DNA of 64,000 nucleotides from Octopus vulgaris (taxonomy: Eukaryota), in the NCBI GenBank assembly GCA_951406725.2, contig OX597826.1, forward strand, positions 39,184,001-39,248,000. Direction: 5' to 3'. A program made the position numbers and the translations under genes. Below, one piece after another: positions 38,167-50,874 of the stretch (position 1 is the first letter of the stretch; every line of letters begins with the position of its first letter). The notes below the pieces were generated by a model that saw only the letters and a program-made list of their open reading frames with translations, did no database searches and was not told the origin of the DNA.

Positions 38167-38873
38167 TGTATGTATGTATGTATGTATGTATGTATGTATG
38201 TATGTATGTATGTATATATGTATGCATGCATGCATGTAAGTATGTATGTATGCATGTATGTATGTATGTATGTATGTATGTATGTATGTATGTATGTATG
38301 TATGTATGTATGTATGTATGTATGTATGTATGGGCCACAACCCGGCAGACGGGGCTCTGGTGAAAATCTTCGGAGTGTCTGTTTCGGCAACCGGCGGCTC
38401 CTAGTCGTTCTGTCCCTGCGTCTGCAGCAAACAGGATGTCTTTACATGTGTGATAGTTGTGGACCGCTTGTGAAATCCACATATTCCCACGAACTTCTTC
38501 AAAGGAAGAAGCCGACTCAACCCGCCCAGGGTGAATGGCGCCACAAGTACAAGTAAGTAAGATCCGATAACGTAGCCCCTACGCGTTTTTTTATTTGTTT
38601 GAAATACCAGTTAGATCTCCTTGAAATCACACTATACTCTTTAAACGATTGGATTGTCATGGATGAAATGCTTTTTATAATTGGTTTGTGCAATCACTGT
38701 TGACCTGATTCTAAGCAACAGTAGCAAGAGCAACAACTGGCAACTCTAAGGCATTATTTAACCACTCAAAATGTGTTCAGGCCTTATAATAAGCTCTGTA
38801 ACGTCATCGAAAAGTGGATATTTACATTTGTTTATATATCATACTTTCGCTTATTGTTCATGTGTGTGTATGA

Positions 38874-38904
<31 letters not shown>

Positions 38905-39380
38905 TGTATGTATGTATGTATGTATGTATGTATGTATGTATGTATGTATGTATGTATGTATGCATGCATGCATGTAGGTATGTATGTATGTATGTATGTA
39001 TGTATGTATGTATGCATGCATGTATGTATGTATGTATGTATGTATGTATGCATGCATGTATGTATGTAGGTATGTATGTATGCATGCATGTATGTATGTA
39101 TGTGTGTATGTATGTGTGTGTGTGTATGTATGTATGCATGCATGCATGTATGTATGTATGTATATATGTATGTATGTATGTACGTATGCATGCATGCATG
39201 CATGCATGCATGAATGTATGTATGTATGTATGTATGTATGTATGTATGCATGCATGCATGCATGAATGCATGCATGCATGCATGTATGTATGTATGTATG
39301 TATGTATGTATGTATGTATGTATGTATGTATGTATGTATGTATGTGTGTACGTGTGTCTGTGTGTGTGTGTTTGTGTGTG
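38110..39380. repeat. Two long (ATGT)n/(ATGC)n arrays separated by ~520 bp
   Basis: Directly visible at 38115-38332 and 38860-39380. Confidence 0.95.
38333..38560 (+). mobile_element. Probable RTE-like LINE 3' end
   Basis: Cys-containing CDSCG remnant and a short tandem tail CAAGTACAAGTAAGTAA. Confidence 0.35.
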
Positions 39381-39899
39381 TGCGCCTGGCTTTGAGGTTA
39401 GGGCGTTGCACTTGTGATCGTAAGTTTGTGGTTTCAATTCCTAGACCAGGTAACGCGTTGTGCATTAGACTGGTAAAAATGAAGAATCCTGCGACAGATC
39501 GGTGTCCCGTCTAAAGAGAGAATGCATTCGTCCCAGAATTTGGGAAGCTGGCCTTATGATCCCCATGGTTTGGGAAGGACCTTTTACCCTTTTGTTTTGC
39601 TGGAAAAAAATTTCGGATAGAAAGCTGATATTTTAGGAAATGGAGGTGGGGGTGGGGAATTTAGTAAAAAATTTTTTTTTGCATAATCGTATGAGATACA
39701 GAAATTTGCTAAAATTTTCTGAGAATGCCAAAAAACAAAATAAAAGTGTTATGACGGTTTAAATGGTGTCAGTTCTTCAGTAAGAACTCTGCCAAATGAG
39801 AAAATTGTCGAAAAATTTTACTGATACACTTATTTCAAAACCCCACTTTAACATTATTACAATTTAGTGCCCACCCAGAATATTCTTAAGCATATCTAG

Positions 39900-40780
39900 A
39901 CACCAAAATCTTGCGACGGGCCTGCCTGTCCAGTAGAAGTAGAAAAATATCTGTAGAACTGTGGTCCACATAACAGAAGGCAAATAATACAGGTCAGTTA
40001 TTATTGTTTGCAACTGCAAGATAAAGGCCAGTTCTGTGGCTTCTATCACTTGTTTGTCCCAAGATTTTATCTTGATCTTATATCTAGGAAGATAAGTGAC
40101 GAAAATATGGGTCACCAGTGTACCGTCCTACGGGGACTGAGCAAGGGTAGTAGGAGCAGGGAGAGGCTATAGCTTTTCCATTTGTTATAGAAAGGAAAAG
40201 AAATCCAGTTACTATAACACCCGTGCCGTGATGTTTTCTGGGCACCGTCGGTGATGATGTGCAAGCACTGAAGCTGCAGAAATATCTGGGCCACCGCGAC
40301 GGTGATGACAACAGCGAAGACAAAGGGGAATAAGTTTGACCATTCTTCTTGGGACATGTCTTTTCCCAGCTCATGTGTTTGAGCTGCAATCTTGGGTCAA
40401 GTATACCAAAGTTGAGCATTTGGCATCCTGAATGTTGCCAGGCACACACAACACTCCACAAGCTGGATAACGCAATGCGCAGTAAAACAACTCTCACCTC
40501 CTTTAGAAAGTTAGTAGCAGGGAAAATATTAATACATGGAAAGTCAAGTTGTCCACACATCCCAAGTTGAAAGACATCTGAAATATGTGTGGGAACAAAA
40601 AACATCACCCATGGAAAACAATTTGATGCGTTGGGTGTAAGATTTGCCACAGAAGCGGAATTCCATCACTCCATTGAAGGATGAGGATTTCATCCTCCTG
40701 TCAACTTATATGGGTAAAGATGCGGTGGAAGTGAAATCTGCAGCCATGCTACTAAAAATAAGCATCTAATGGCTGAGAGC
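39900..40780 (+). pseudogene. Possible L1/Tx1 ORF1 remnants
   Basis: Two YLGR*VTKIWVTSVP / TYMGKDAVEVK-like motifs; heavily decayed. Confidence 0.3.
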
Positions 40781-42200
40781 AATAATTTTGAACAATTTGT
40801 CCAGAGGGTTTGATCCTTAGCTACCATGATTAATCCTTCTGTTTGCTTTTTTGAGAATTCTTTTTCTCAACCATTTCCAAGTGTCTTCGTCTCTTTCTGC
40901 TTCTGTATTCTTCAGAAACTGAGTATGTACATACTTCCCATATAGCTTGTTTTCATTTTTTTCAAGCATTTCATCTTTTGCTTGTCCTTGTCCTAATATG
41001 TTTGCATTGCTTACTGCTGCTACCAATTCTTCAGTTTTTCTTTAACATACTGATTGAAACTTTTCACTTCTACATTCGCACAAAATTTCATATTGATCTG
41101 TTTCTTTCTTCCATTTTTATGTTTCATGTATAGTTTGTCCAGATCTTCCCTTTTTCTGAGTCTTTCAATTAATATCTTGCAGTTCCTTTTTGTTCCAATT
41201 CACAAGACCAGACTCATGTTTCACTACTGATACAGCCTTGATTTACTGCCTTTACAATGTTTCCAGAATTTAACTAAGATTTCAGAAACAAATCAATCCT
41301 TCTGAAGTACTCTTTTAAAGTGGTTCCTTTCATTTCTTTGTTTTTTATGGTATCTGATTCCAAAATTCCCAAATACTTGTATCCTTGACTCTCTTTAAAA
41401 CTTTTCATTACCTGATTATTTGGCAGTTTAAATCCTTGATTCTGCTTTATATTATCCTCCTCACCATCAAAATGGCTCATCTATTGATACGAAATTCCAT
41501 GTCTATGCTATTACTGAAAATCCTTCTATGGTCACCAGTGTACCAAGTTGATCTTTACTTTTACCATTGCGATTTAAATCGTTCATGTACAGTAGATGGT
41601 TAAACCATTCCAACTCTATTTCTCAAATCATATCCTGTTTTAACATCTCTCAAAATCATCGACAGAGGTATTACTATCAACAAAAACAAATGTGGTGAGA
41701 GACTATCTCCCTGAAATATTCCTCTTCTGATGTTTACTGTATCAAATGACTTTCCTGCAGATGCTGACTCTGTTTTCCAGGTTGGCATACTTTCTTCTTA
41801 GCAGTTTTTGTACATTTTCTGCCACTCTAAATATCTCCTTTTATATTTCCCTATCCAGCTGTGACACACCATATCATAGGCCCTTTTGTAATCTATCCAT
41901 GCTAATCCCATTAACTCTCTTCTGCAGTTCCTAAATACCATCTAGTCTATTAACACCTGATCTTTTGCTACCCCCTGACCTATATTTACAACTCGTCTGC
42001 TCATCTGTTAATAACTATTCATTATCCAAAAACTTTGTCAAAAGTTTCCACGTGATTGGTAAACATGTTATTGGTCGATAGTTTGACACTCCATTACCCT
42101 TTGACACATCATTCAAGATTAATGTCTCTTTTTTCCTAGTGTCATCCACAGAGGAACATCAACCTCATTGGCTTGCAATTCTCAAATGGCATAATGTAAG

Positions 42201-42410
42201 TACGGAGATGCACCTGCATAGCAAGTGACCTGATCTGAGATCACTGAAAAAATTCCGTGCTGCATCACGGAATTTTGTCAGTGAACAGGTCGCGGTCTCA
42301 AAGCGACGAAAATATTTTGGCAAATTAAATCTAAACGTTGAAGTGAATCTAACGGTTTTTGTATGTTTCTTAAATGGTTTTTGTGTGTTTCTTCCACGCT
42401 GCAATTGTTT
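42201..42410 (+). mobile_element. 210-bp insertion with 10-bp TSD carrying a hairpin and a hammerhead-like motif
   Basis: TSD ATAATGTAAG at 42191-42200 and 42411-42420; removing it restores host GYWPELLTLCHLRIASQ. Confidence 0.85.
42274..42324 (+). ncRNA. Hammerhead-like motif with G3/C8 core swap
   Basis: TTTGTCA-GTGAACA-G-GTCGC(GGTCTCAAA)GCGAC-GAAA-ATAT-TT-TGGCAAA: 7-bp stem I, 5-bp stem II, palindromic ATAT. Confidence 0.65.
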
Positions 42411-42910
42411 ATAATGTAAGCAATTCTGGCCAATATCCCAATATCGGGGCCTGGTGACTTCCAATTTTCCATTTTCGTATTTGTTTCTCTGTTGCTGTCT
42501 GATATTATGATGTTTTCGTGTCTGTTTTTATCTCACATCTTTTCAGCTTTTTCCATCCAATTGGCTTCAACATTATGCACAACTGATCGATTCCAGATCT
42601 TACCACCCAACCGTACACATTCTTCCCTATTTGGTATGACACCATTGTCTTGAATCTCTTTCTCTAACATTTCAAACATTTTTTTTTGATTCGTCTGGAA
42701 TATCCTGCTCTGTATAAATTGTTCTGTACGTCTGTCATACCTTGTTAACTTACCTGATTGTGCAACAATTCTTTGCCTGACCTCTTCAAGAACAACTTCA
42801 ATTCCTTTACTGCATCCTTTGTATTTTCTTTCCAATTAATCTTTAATTCTAATGTTCTGCAGTTCACTGTTTCTTCAACTTTCTAACCTGCTCATATCTT
42901 TTCACAATTC

Positions 42911-43370
42911 TTAAGTTAAGTTAAGTTAAGTTAATTTTTTGGCTCAAAAAACAAGGCCATGTAGGAGGACATGGGGTTATGTACAGGGAGGGTGTTCATG
43001 CAAAGAGTTCAGGCCATTTCTGGTCAAGAGAGACTTTGAACCGAGCGGTCGTCGGCATCTTCCCTATCTCGTCCGGCAGCTTATTCCACGGATCCGCAAC
43101 CCGGACGGAGAAAGCCCCATCTCCTTCGATTGAGATGAAATCGTCGCAGATAGAGCTTTTCGGAGTAACCCCGCAGCCGTCGCTCTGGAGCAGGAGTGAA
43201 GAACAGCTCTTTCGAGAGGTTACACTTTCCGCTTATGATGTTGTGAGCAAGAATGAGATCACCACGGCGTCGTCGTTTTTCTAGAGAATAAAGGTCGAGC
43301 GTCTTCAGCCTTTCTTCATAAGACAAATGCTTGAGACCAAAAACCAAGCGGGTAGCCAGCTTCTGGACTC
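42911..43370 (-). mobile_element. CR1-clade LINE 3' end with (TTAAC)n tail nested in the R4-like element
   Basis: LSYEERLKTLDLYSLEKRRRRGDLI...RLRG; tail TTAAG x4-5 at 42911-42934; host frame AETVKEL*KDMSRLE rejoins across it. Confidence 0.85.
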
Positions 43371-43954
43371 TTTAACCGTCTCAGCTATTCTTTTTCTCCA
43401 CCATGGTTCTTGTTTGTGTCCTTTTGTATAATTTTTTATTCCAAGATGCTTAGCGGTTACTCATGTGGCTACTTTGAACAGCTCGTTCAATTACAGTGAT
43501 GTCAGCAGTTTGTATATATCCTATGACATTGTTGACTTGACTCGCTTTTTCTCTCAGTTTTTTTTTCCTATCTACGTTCTCCAAATGTGGTGACCTATCC
43601 TTAATTGTCATCTGTTTCACAATCTCTTCTACTATTTTGATTTCTTCTTCAATTCCTCTCTTAATTCCTCTATCTATATTCAGGATCTTAGTGTTTTCAA
43701 TCATTATTTTCAGCTTCAACCAACGATTCATTTCTTTGCCTTTTATCCATTCGATTATCTAATTGTTATTCATTGGGTTCACCTCTTCAAAATTCCATTG
43801 CAATGGCTCTTTTTATCTCACCTAACTTTACATCTGAATGCTATCCATTTGTTTTAGATTGTCGAGTCTGGTCGGCAAGCCTTTGTTCTGTAGTTTCAAA
43901 GACACTGATTTCTCTCCATTTGGTTATCATTCGCTTTCTGTATCCTTTTTGACA

Positions 43955-44093
<139 letters not shown>

Positions 44094-44198
44094 TCTGAAG
44101 TTTGGTGGATGGCAGAATCAATCTGTCGTTATGTCAATACTGGTGATATTTATTTTTTTCCGACATTAGCTTTATTATTTGTCGTTGCTGGATCGATA

Positions 44199-44265
<67 letters not shown>

Positions 44266-44999
44266 TTTACCTGCAAAATATTAAGATCAAATCGATTCAA
44301 TCTTTCTCCAAAAAATATTAGTTCTTGATTTAGTCTTTGAAACCATTACTATTTCATATTTAATGGCGACCGAACAATACAAACGGTAGCGATCTTTGGC
44401 AGCAGATCATAGAAGCGAAAAAGGGTTAGAGAAAATATGGTGGCGATGGTAGAAACGACAGAACGCTGCTTATGGCTGACATATGGAAACCCGAATCGCT
44501 AAATAGAGCCCCTCAGCAACAAGCCAGTCAAACGAACTTGAAGTAGGAAGCGATTGATAAAATTCAGTTGAATAACAAATACAGAATCTGTGGAAAAAAG
44601 GACGAATGTTAGCTATCACAAAAAGAGTAGAAGTGCAGGCATGACTGTGTTGCTAAAATAGTGCAATAGTTTGTGGATTCAAAGTCACAGAAAGTGGAAT
44701 GAATGCGAGCTAGGGGCTGTGATGATGAATGACAGTAGCAGGAAGTAAATCAGATATAAATGTAGAGGACGAAAGACAAAACCTAAAGCAAAACAAAACA
44801 AAAAAATAATGAAAAAACAAAAAGATGTAAGATCATTGACTTTGCAATACCAGGTGTAAGTTCATTGACTTTGCAATACCCATCACTTGTTATGCGCTCA
44901 TAAATTAGTTTGATAGTTGAGCTCCGATTGGCTGTATGCAAATCAGTTCATAACTGGGGTTCGGGACTCTCGTGAGAAAATAATTTCGCGGCCGGGATC

Positions 45000-47105
45000 C
45001 ACCCACTGGAAACTGAACGCGTCACTCCCAACGTACCAAACTTACAGAGATCGATTAGAGAATTAGTTAAGCGGACGTTGACGAAGTCAGTCCTCACCAA
45101 CAAATGGTGGTTTGCCCTGAAAAGGCCAATTGGAGTAGAAGCTATAAGGTTTAGTAAGGTATTAGTGACAGAAAGAAATAGAATAGAGGGGAAACTTAGT
45201 TAGAAGTTTAGATGGGGTTCTTAGGAAAGACATCGCAACCGATGTGCTCGCGACGAGATTGGTCTGGGACCAAAGCGCAAAGATTGTATTTTCAGAGCTA
45301 AGGCGTGTGCTTTAAAAAGTGAGGGAACGAAAGCTGCTCGATTGGCCCCAATGGCAGAGGTGCAACGTGGTTATAGGTAGACCAAAATGGGTGCATGGTA
45401 GTCGAGTCCAAACAGATGTGTGCAGCATTTCAGCTGCACCTCGCTCAACTGTTTTAAACAAATGGCAGTTCGGAACGCAGGATGGACTTCAGTGTCTACC
45501 TTGACGGCGTTCCACGACTCACGGCAAGAAAAGTAGAGCTTTGCGAAAGGCTGATGCCAGCCACGAAAATACGGGATGTGATGATGGGCTGCAAGATTTG
45601 AATGGTCTACCCGATGAGCTTTGGTTTTATATGACAGATATGTCTGGCTGCTTTTAGGAGATATTTACTGCAATTGGCAACAGAACAAGAAAACTTCTAG
45701 TTCTGTGAGTAGAGGAGCGGTGGTGCTGCTAAGAAAAGACCCCAAAAAGTGGTATAAAATAGAAAATTTTAGGCTTATAACGCAGCTGAACGCAGATTTC
45801 AGAATTTTAGTTAAGATGTTAGCGAAGAGGTTGGTGCTTATACTCTTTACTCTTTATTCAATCATTTGACTGTGGCCATGCTGAAGCACCGCCGTTAGTA
45901 GAGCAAATCGACCCCAGGACTTATTCTTTGTAAGCCTAGTACTTATCCTATCGGTCTCTTTTGCTGAACCGCTAAGTTACGGGGAAGGATGAAAGACAAC
46001 GTCGACCTTTGCGGAATTTGAACTCGGAACGAAATGACTGACACATTTTGTCCGACGTGCTTACGATTCCGCCAGCTCGCTGCCTTATAGTCAAAGAACT
46101 GATTGGTGATGCGCAAACACGCACCATCTCAAGCGGATCTGTCCCTGGTAACCTCTAACCCATGCGATACATCATAGACATGGTGGGTAAAGAAGCTGGA
46201 ATGGATGGAGCCCTGATAAATTTGGATCGATCAAAAACCTTCAATACGGTCGGTCCGCAATGCATGGTGGTTGGTTTCGGCCCCGTTTTCCTTGGCTGGA
46301 TTACCGCAATGTACAACGAGATCCGTCAAAGGTTTTCCCCTCTCGTCTTTTCTGTATGTGTAGGCTGTAGGACCACCACTACAGAAACTGGAGCTGTTGA
46401 GAAACATCTCGCGCAAACTAGAACGTGGGAGAACTTTGTCGGTATATGCGGACGACATTACAGTCATTGTGTTGAACACTAGGCATAAAGGGCATTTTAG
46501 GGCATACACTAGGCATACAAGCCTTTTAGGGCATACAGGCCCTAAAAGAATACAAGTCCCTGACAGAAGCAAACATTAACCAAGAAAAGTCAGGGGACCC
46601 ACCACTCAGCACCTGAAGTGGCGGGTCTATACCTTCCAATAATGTCATGGGACACTGGAAGGAGGAACCGGTTAACTTGTTCGAGGCCTGGTTTAGTCTG
46701 GATTTCCGAGTGGAGAAGAACTGGGACGAAGTGACGGGTAGGGTAGCCAGTCTCATTCAGGAATGGGCCGAGAGAAAGCTTTCTCTGAAAGGCCGGAGAG
46801 AGGTGGCAAATGTATACATCGCCTACGTTGTATATTACCACTTGACCATCGTTCTTTGCTGCAGTTTACACCTGACAAAACGAGTGCATAGTCTTCCGCT
46901 TTTTGTGGAAAGGACGCATTCCTCTGGCCAGACTCTCCATTTGTTGCCAACACCCGCTGAATGGGCATGCCGTAGCTGCTGATGCGCAGACATGAGCTGA
47001 CGGTGAGCAGCCGTTGGTGAGACTCGCTGTGCGGCAGCTCGTCTGTTTGACTGAGCTGCAGCCCTGGATCAAACGTAGACCGAAACGGCGTCTGGCACCT
47101 AGAGT
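45000..47105 (+). pseudogene. Decayed L1/Tx1-clade ORF2 (RT region)
   Basis: RGAVVLLRK, NFRLITQLNADFRILVKMLAKRL, ALINLDRSKTFNTV, SVYADDITV, LSLKGRREVAN. Confidence 0.8.
45843..46083 (-). mobile_element. Chimeric SINE (family B head + family A tail)
   Basis: Junction near 45985; single TSD CTTATA at 45837-45842 and 46084-46089. Confidence 0.7.
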
Positions 47106-48262
47106 ATTGTCAGGTTTCATCGTTTCGGGGTCGATGAAATAAGTACCAACTGAGATCTGGGTTGATCTATTAGACCAGCCCCATCCCCACAAAATTATAG
47201 CCCTTATGCCTATAGCAGAAAGGATTATTATTATTCAATATGTCCTTGTTTTTTGAAGACTAGGCGTTGTTTGTGGGATATTTTGCTGCTATTTGTATCT
47301 CTAGTCGCAATTATCTTATTCCTTCCTATTTAAGTGTACAATGACAGAAACTATAGTTTTCTGATAAAATGAGAGGATGAAGTTCATTTCATGTTTATTC
47401 TACAGTCGGTCTTTTAACAGTTTACGACGGTTCGTGACGTGGCTAAAGATTTTAAGTAGATCTATATGAAATAGTTTTTCCATTTTTAACTCGTTTGCGC
47501 ATACACTTAATTTGATTCTCGTATTCTTTGATATAGATAGCTTTCTTTAAAGAAATTAGCCATCAATTAGATAAAACGTTTTCTAAGATATTCCTTTGAA
47601 ATTATTTTCTTTAAAACAGACAGAAAGCTTCTTAGACATTTCTTTGAAGAATTTTCCTATCTTAAGATGTTGGTATTTCAGCAAGAAACAGAATATTCAG
47701 TCGAGGATTATGTAATACCATGTAGCATTAGGAAACATTCACTTCTAACGCTTTTATACAATTAAATTATCTAATCTTGACAACCATGTCACGATTCGTG
47801 AATGCAACTGAATGTTCTTCATGTTCGACGTTTAATTATAGCTCCACAATTTTCAGTTGATTGAATTCTAACTAGTGACAGCCATTTAGTAGTAATAGTG
47901 ATGATGGTGATGCAGCTGTAGTGGTAAAGGTGTTGATAGAGATTCAACAGCAGTGGTGTGTTGGAAATTTAGAGTAATGGTAGTGGTGATAGAGGTGGCG
48001 GTAGTGATGCTAGAGGTGGTAGTGGTGGTGATGATAACTGTGATTTAATAGTTGAGTTGATAATTATAATGTTGATTTAAAAGTTCTTATAACTGGGACT
48101 TAAGTACCCCAACTTTGTAGTGTCTTACAGCCTGAATTATGCACCACCTTCTACAGTATCATATATATGCCACTACACTATTGTATGTTACAGTCGGAAT
48201 TATACACCTCTCTATAGTGTCTTTTAGTTGTTTTATAGTTCTGATTTACACACCCTGTAGTG

Positions 48263-48477
48263 CAGTGTTTCTCAGCCGTTTTGTCCCACGTTCCACATTG
48301 ATTTTCCAATAACTTTGTGCCCCACCATAAACGGACAACGTATATAGCCTATATATTCAAAGTTTTAATAGAAAAGATCATTTACTTACTTCTAACTTAC
48401 TTACACCTCATTATGATCCCATCAAAATATTGTCACAACTCGCCAATGAGCCGTGCTACCCACCCTGAGAAACACCG
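48263..48477. mobile_element. hAT-type MITE
   Basis: TIR CAGTGTTTCTCA / TGAGAAACACCG; flanks CTGTAGTG / CCGTAGTT (6/8 match). Confidence 0.65.
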
Positions 48478-49899
48478 CCGTAGTTTCTTACATTCGCGAT
48501 TTATAAACACCACCAAACTGTAATACCTTACAACTGTGACTTCTATACCACCACTCTGTAGAACCTTACTTGAGACTTGGGAAGTCTCTTTTATTGAACT
48601 ATCATCTACTACACCAACGTTCTAAGTAGTCACCGGACCTGTCTGAAAGTGGTACCCAAATTTTCTCTCAATTCTGACTTTATTCACTTAGGATACATAC
48701 AGGATAATGCAAACAAAAAAACCCCAAAAAAAAACAGATGGGATCGTCGGACAGATTTCCTTTGATCATAAATCTGATCGATCAAATTAACCATTTGGTT
48801 CCGATTTTGTTTCGGTAGCGACGCGAGTATGTGGCATTGATAAGCCGCAGGACAGCGAAAAACTGGTATCTGCTACTCGTGTGTTCACTTATTCGATGAT
48901 TTCGTTGTATTCTTTAACACTATAAAGAATACAACGAAATAGAGGAATGTCGGGGCATTACGTCTCTAAGGGAGTTTTTCCCAGACAAAAACATGCAGCT
49001 GCTAGCGTTCAAACAACACATGTAGGTTAAATATGTGGTGTTCATAATGCTTACATTACAAAGCTGCAACTACTGCTAAATTTCAATTTTTTGCAAATCA
49101 GCAAATAATTTATACATAATCTCTATATATTTCAGGCAAGAGATTCCGATTTATTTCGGAATTGATTCGAGTGCGCGGTATTTGTAAGACGCAAATGCGG
49201 TGAAATACGGTATCTTGATCCATTTAGGGGTAATTTCATTTCACCTAGTATATTATGTTTTTTTAGCACCTTAAGTTTTAATGAGATTTTTCCCGGACTA
49301 AAACCCACAACCTCAGATGTTTAACAGCACACGTACATTTTGTGATATAAGGTTTGAAAATGCAATTTTAAAAGATGTTTATTTACTTGATCGGTTTCAC
49401 TTTTTAGAAAAAGATTGTCAAAAGTAACATGTAAAAGCTTGGTTGTGGTAAGTACTGGTTGTCACAAAATATTACAATATATATATATATATATACATTC
49501 TTTGATAATAAGAACATGTTAAGAACAGTTTACAAGGGAAAATCTTGGGAAAATATCAAAAAGTTTAACAAGTTCATTAAAATATTGGGCACAAAAGATT
49601 ACAATATATATATATATATATATATATACATTCTTAAGAAAGTGTTAAAGACAGTTTCCAGAAAGAATTATTAAAAAGTTCAGAGGAATATTGGTATTGT
49701 ATCTGTATATATATACACAGAATGATATAAGTTCAAAAAGGTTACATTTTAGTAGTAGGTTAGTTTTAACTGACCTAGTTCACCATATTATCGTAAAAGA
49801 CTATTTTTTATTTCAAGGGACAGTGTAGGTATGTTTGGAGGGGGGGGGGGAGGAGGAAGAGTAATGTGAAAGAGAAGCAAAAAATTCTTTTCAATTCTT

Positions 49900-50240
49900 T
49901 TTTAATCTAAAATATCCTCTCCTTAATTTTCTACAATGCTATTCCAGCTATCTGGTAGATTTGCAAGATCCCTCTTCCAAAATGGAAAATACTCCTCCAG
50001 TACTGTTCTGATCTCGTCTACAGAATTCATATTTTTTCCGTCCAAATGATTTTGAAGACTGCGGAATAAATGATAATCAGATGGGGCTATGTCCTGCGAA
50101 TATGCTGGGTGGGGTATCGTTTTCCATTCAAACTGCTCCAACCTTTGGAATGTCAACCTCTCGCTGTATGTGGTCGAACATTATCCCGATGAAAGAACTT
50201 TCATCTTGAAACCAAAGAAAGTCGTTTTTCTTCTAGCGCT
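49900..50240 (-). pseudogene. Mariner transposase C-terminal fragment
   Basis: IPHPAYSQDIAPSDYHLFRSLQNHL. Confidence 0.85.
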
Positions 50241-50379
50241 GGCGTCAATGAATGGTTGAATGGCCAAATCCATGCCCCTATGCTGGTTCCTCAAGAATTA
50301 CGATGGGATTTTGTTTCACCAGGGTTTGCGGGACGTCCTCGTTGAGCTCTACATATCTTCCAGACGATGCTCATCTTCT

Positions 50380-50866
50380 AGGGTGCAACAATCAATGCTC
50401 AAGTCTACTGTAAGCAATTAGAGCGTTTGAACCAAGCTTTGAAGTAAAAAAAAGACCCGCTTTAGTGAATCGAAAAGGAGTGATGTTTCATCAGGTCAAT
50501 GCGCGACCCCACACTGCAAAGATCACATCACAGAAGATCGAAGAGTTTGGTTGGGAAAAAAATCCTCATCCACCTTATTCTCCAGACCTTGCTCCATCAG
50601 ACTACCATTTGTTTCGTAGATTACAGAATCATTTGGGGGACATAACTTTCGCAAGCTAGGAGGAGGTCGATACTGACATTTCAGAGTTCTTTGCTTTGAA
50701 GCTAAAAGAGTTTTACATTGATGGGATTAAAAGGCTTGTAAATAGATGGAAGGAAGTCATAGATAATCAGGAAAAGTATATTGATGATTGAATTTCAGTT
50801 AAATATAACATCTGATCACTTGTTTTCTTTATTCAAAATTCGGACAGAACTTATGAGATGACCTAA
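50380..50866 (+). mobile_element. Mariner 3' fragment with right TIR (different subfamily)
   Basis: HQVNARPH, PHPPYSPDLAPSDYHLF; ends AACTTATGAGATGACCTAA + TA; an inverted N-terminal piece lies at ~50260-50380. Confidence 0.85.
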
Positions 50867-50874
50867 TAGATATA

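Noticed and set aside
38094-39514. ORFs of 100-200 aa with HTYI/MYVC repeats
   Set aside because: Translations of (ATGT)n arrays.
40084-40650. 188-aa minus-strand ORF as a host exon
   Set aside because: No recognisable domain or splice context; more likely antisense to decayed retroelement sequence.
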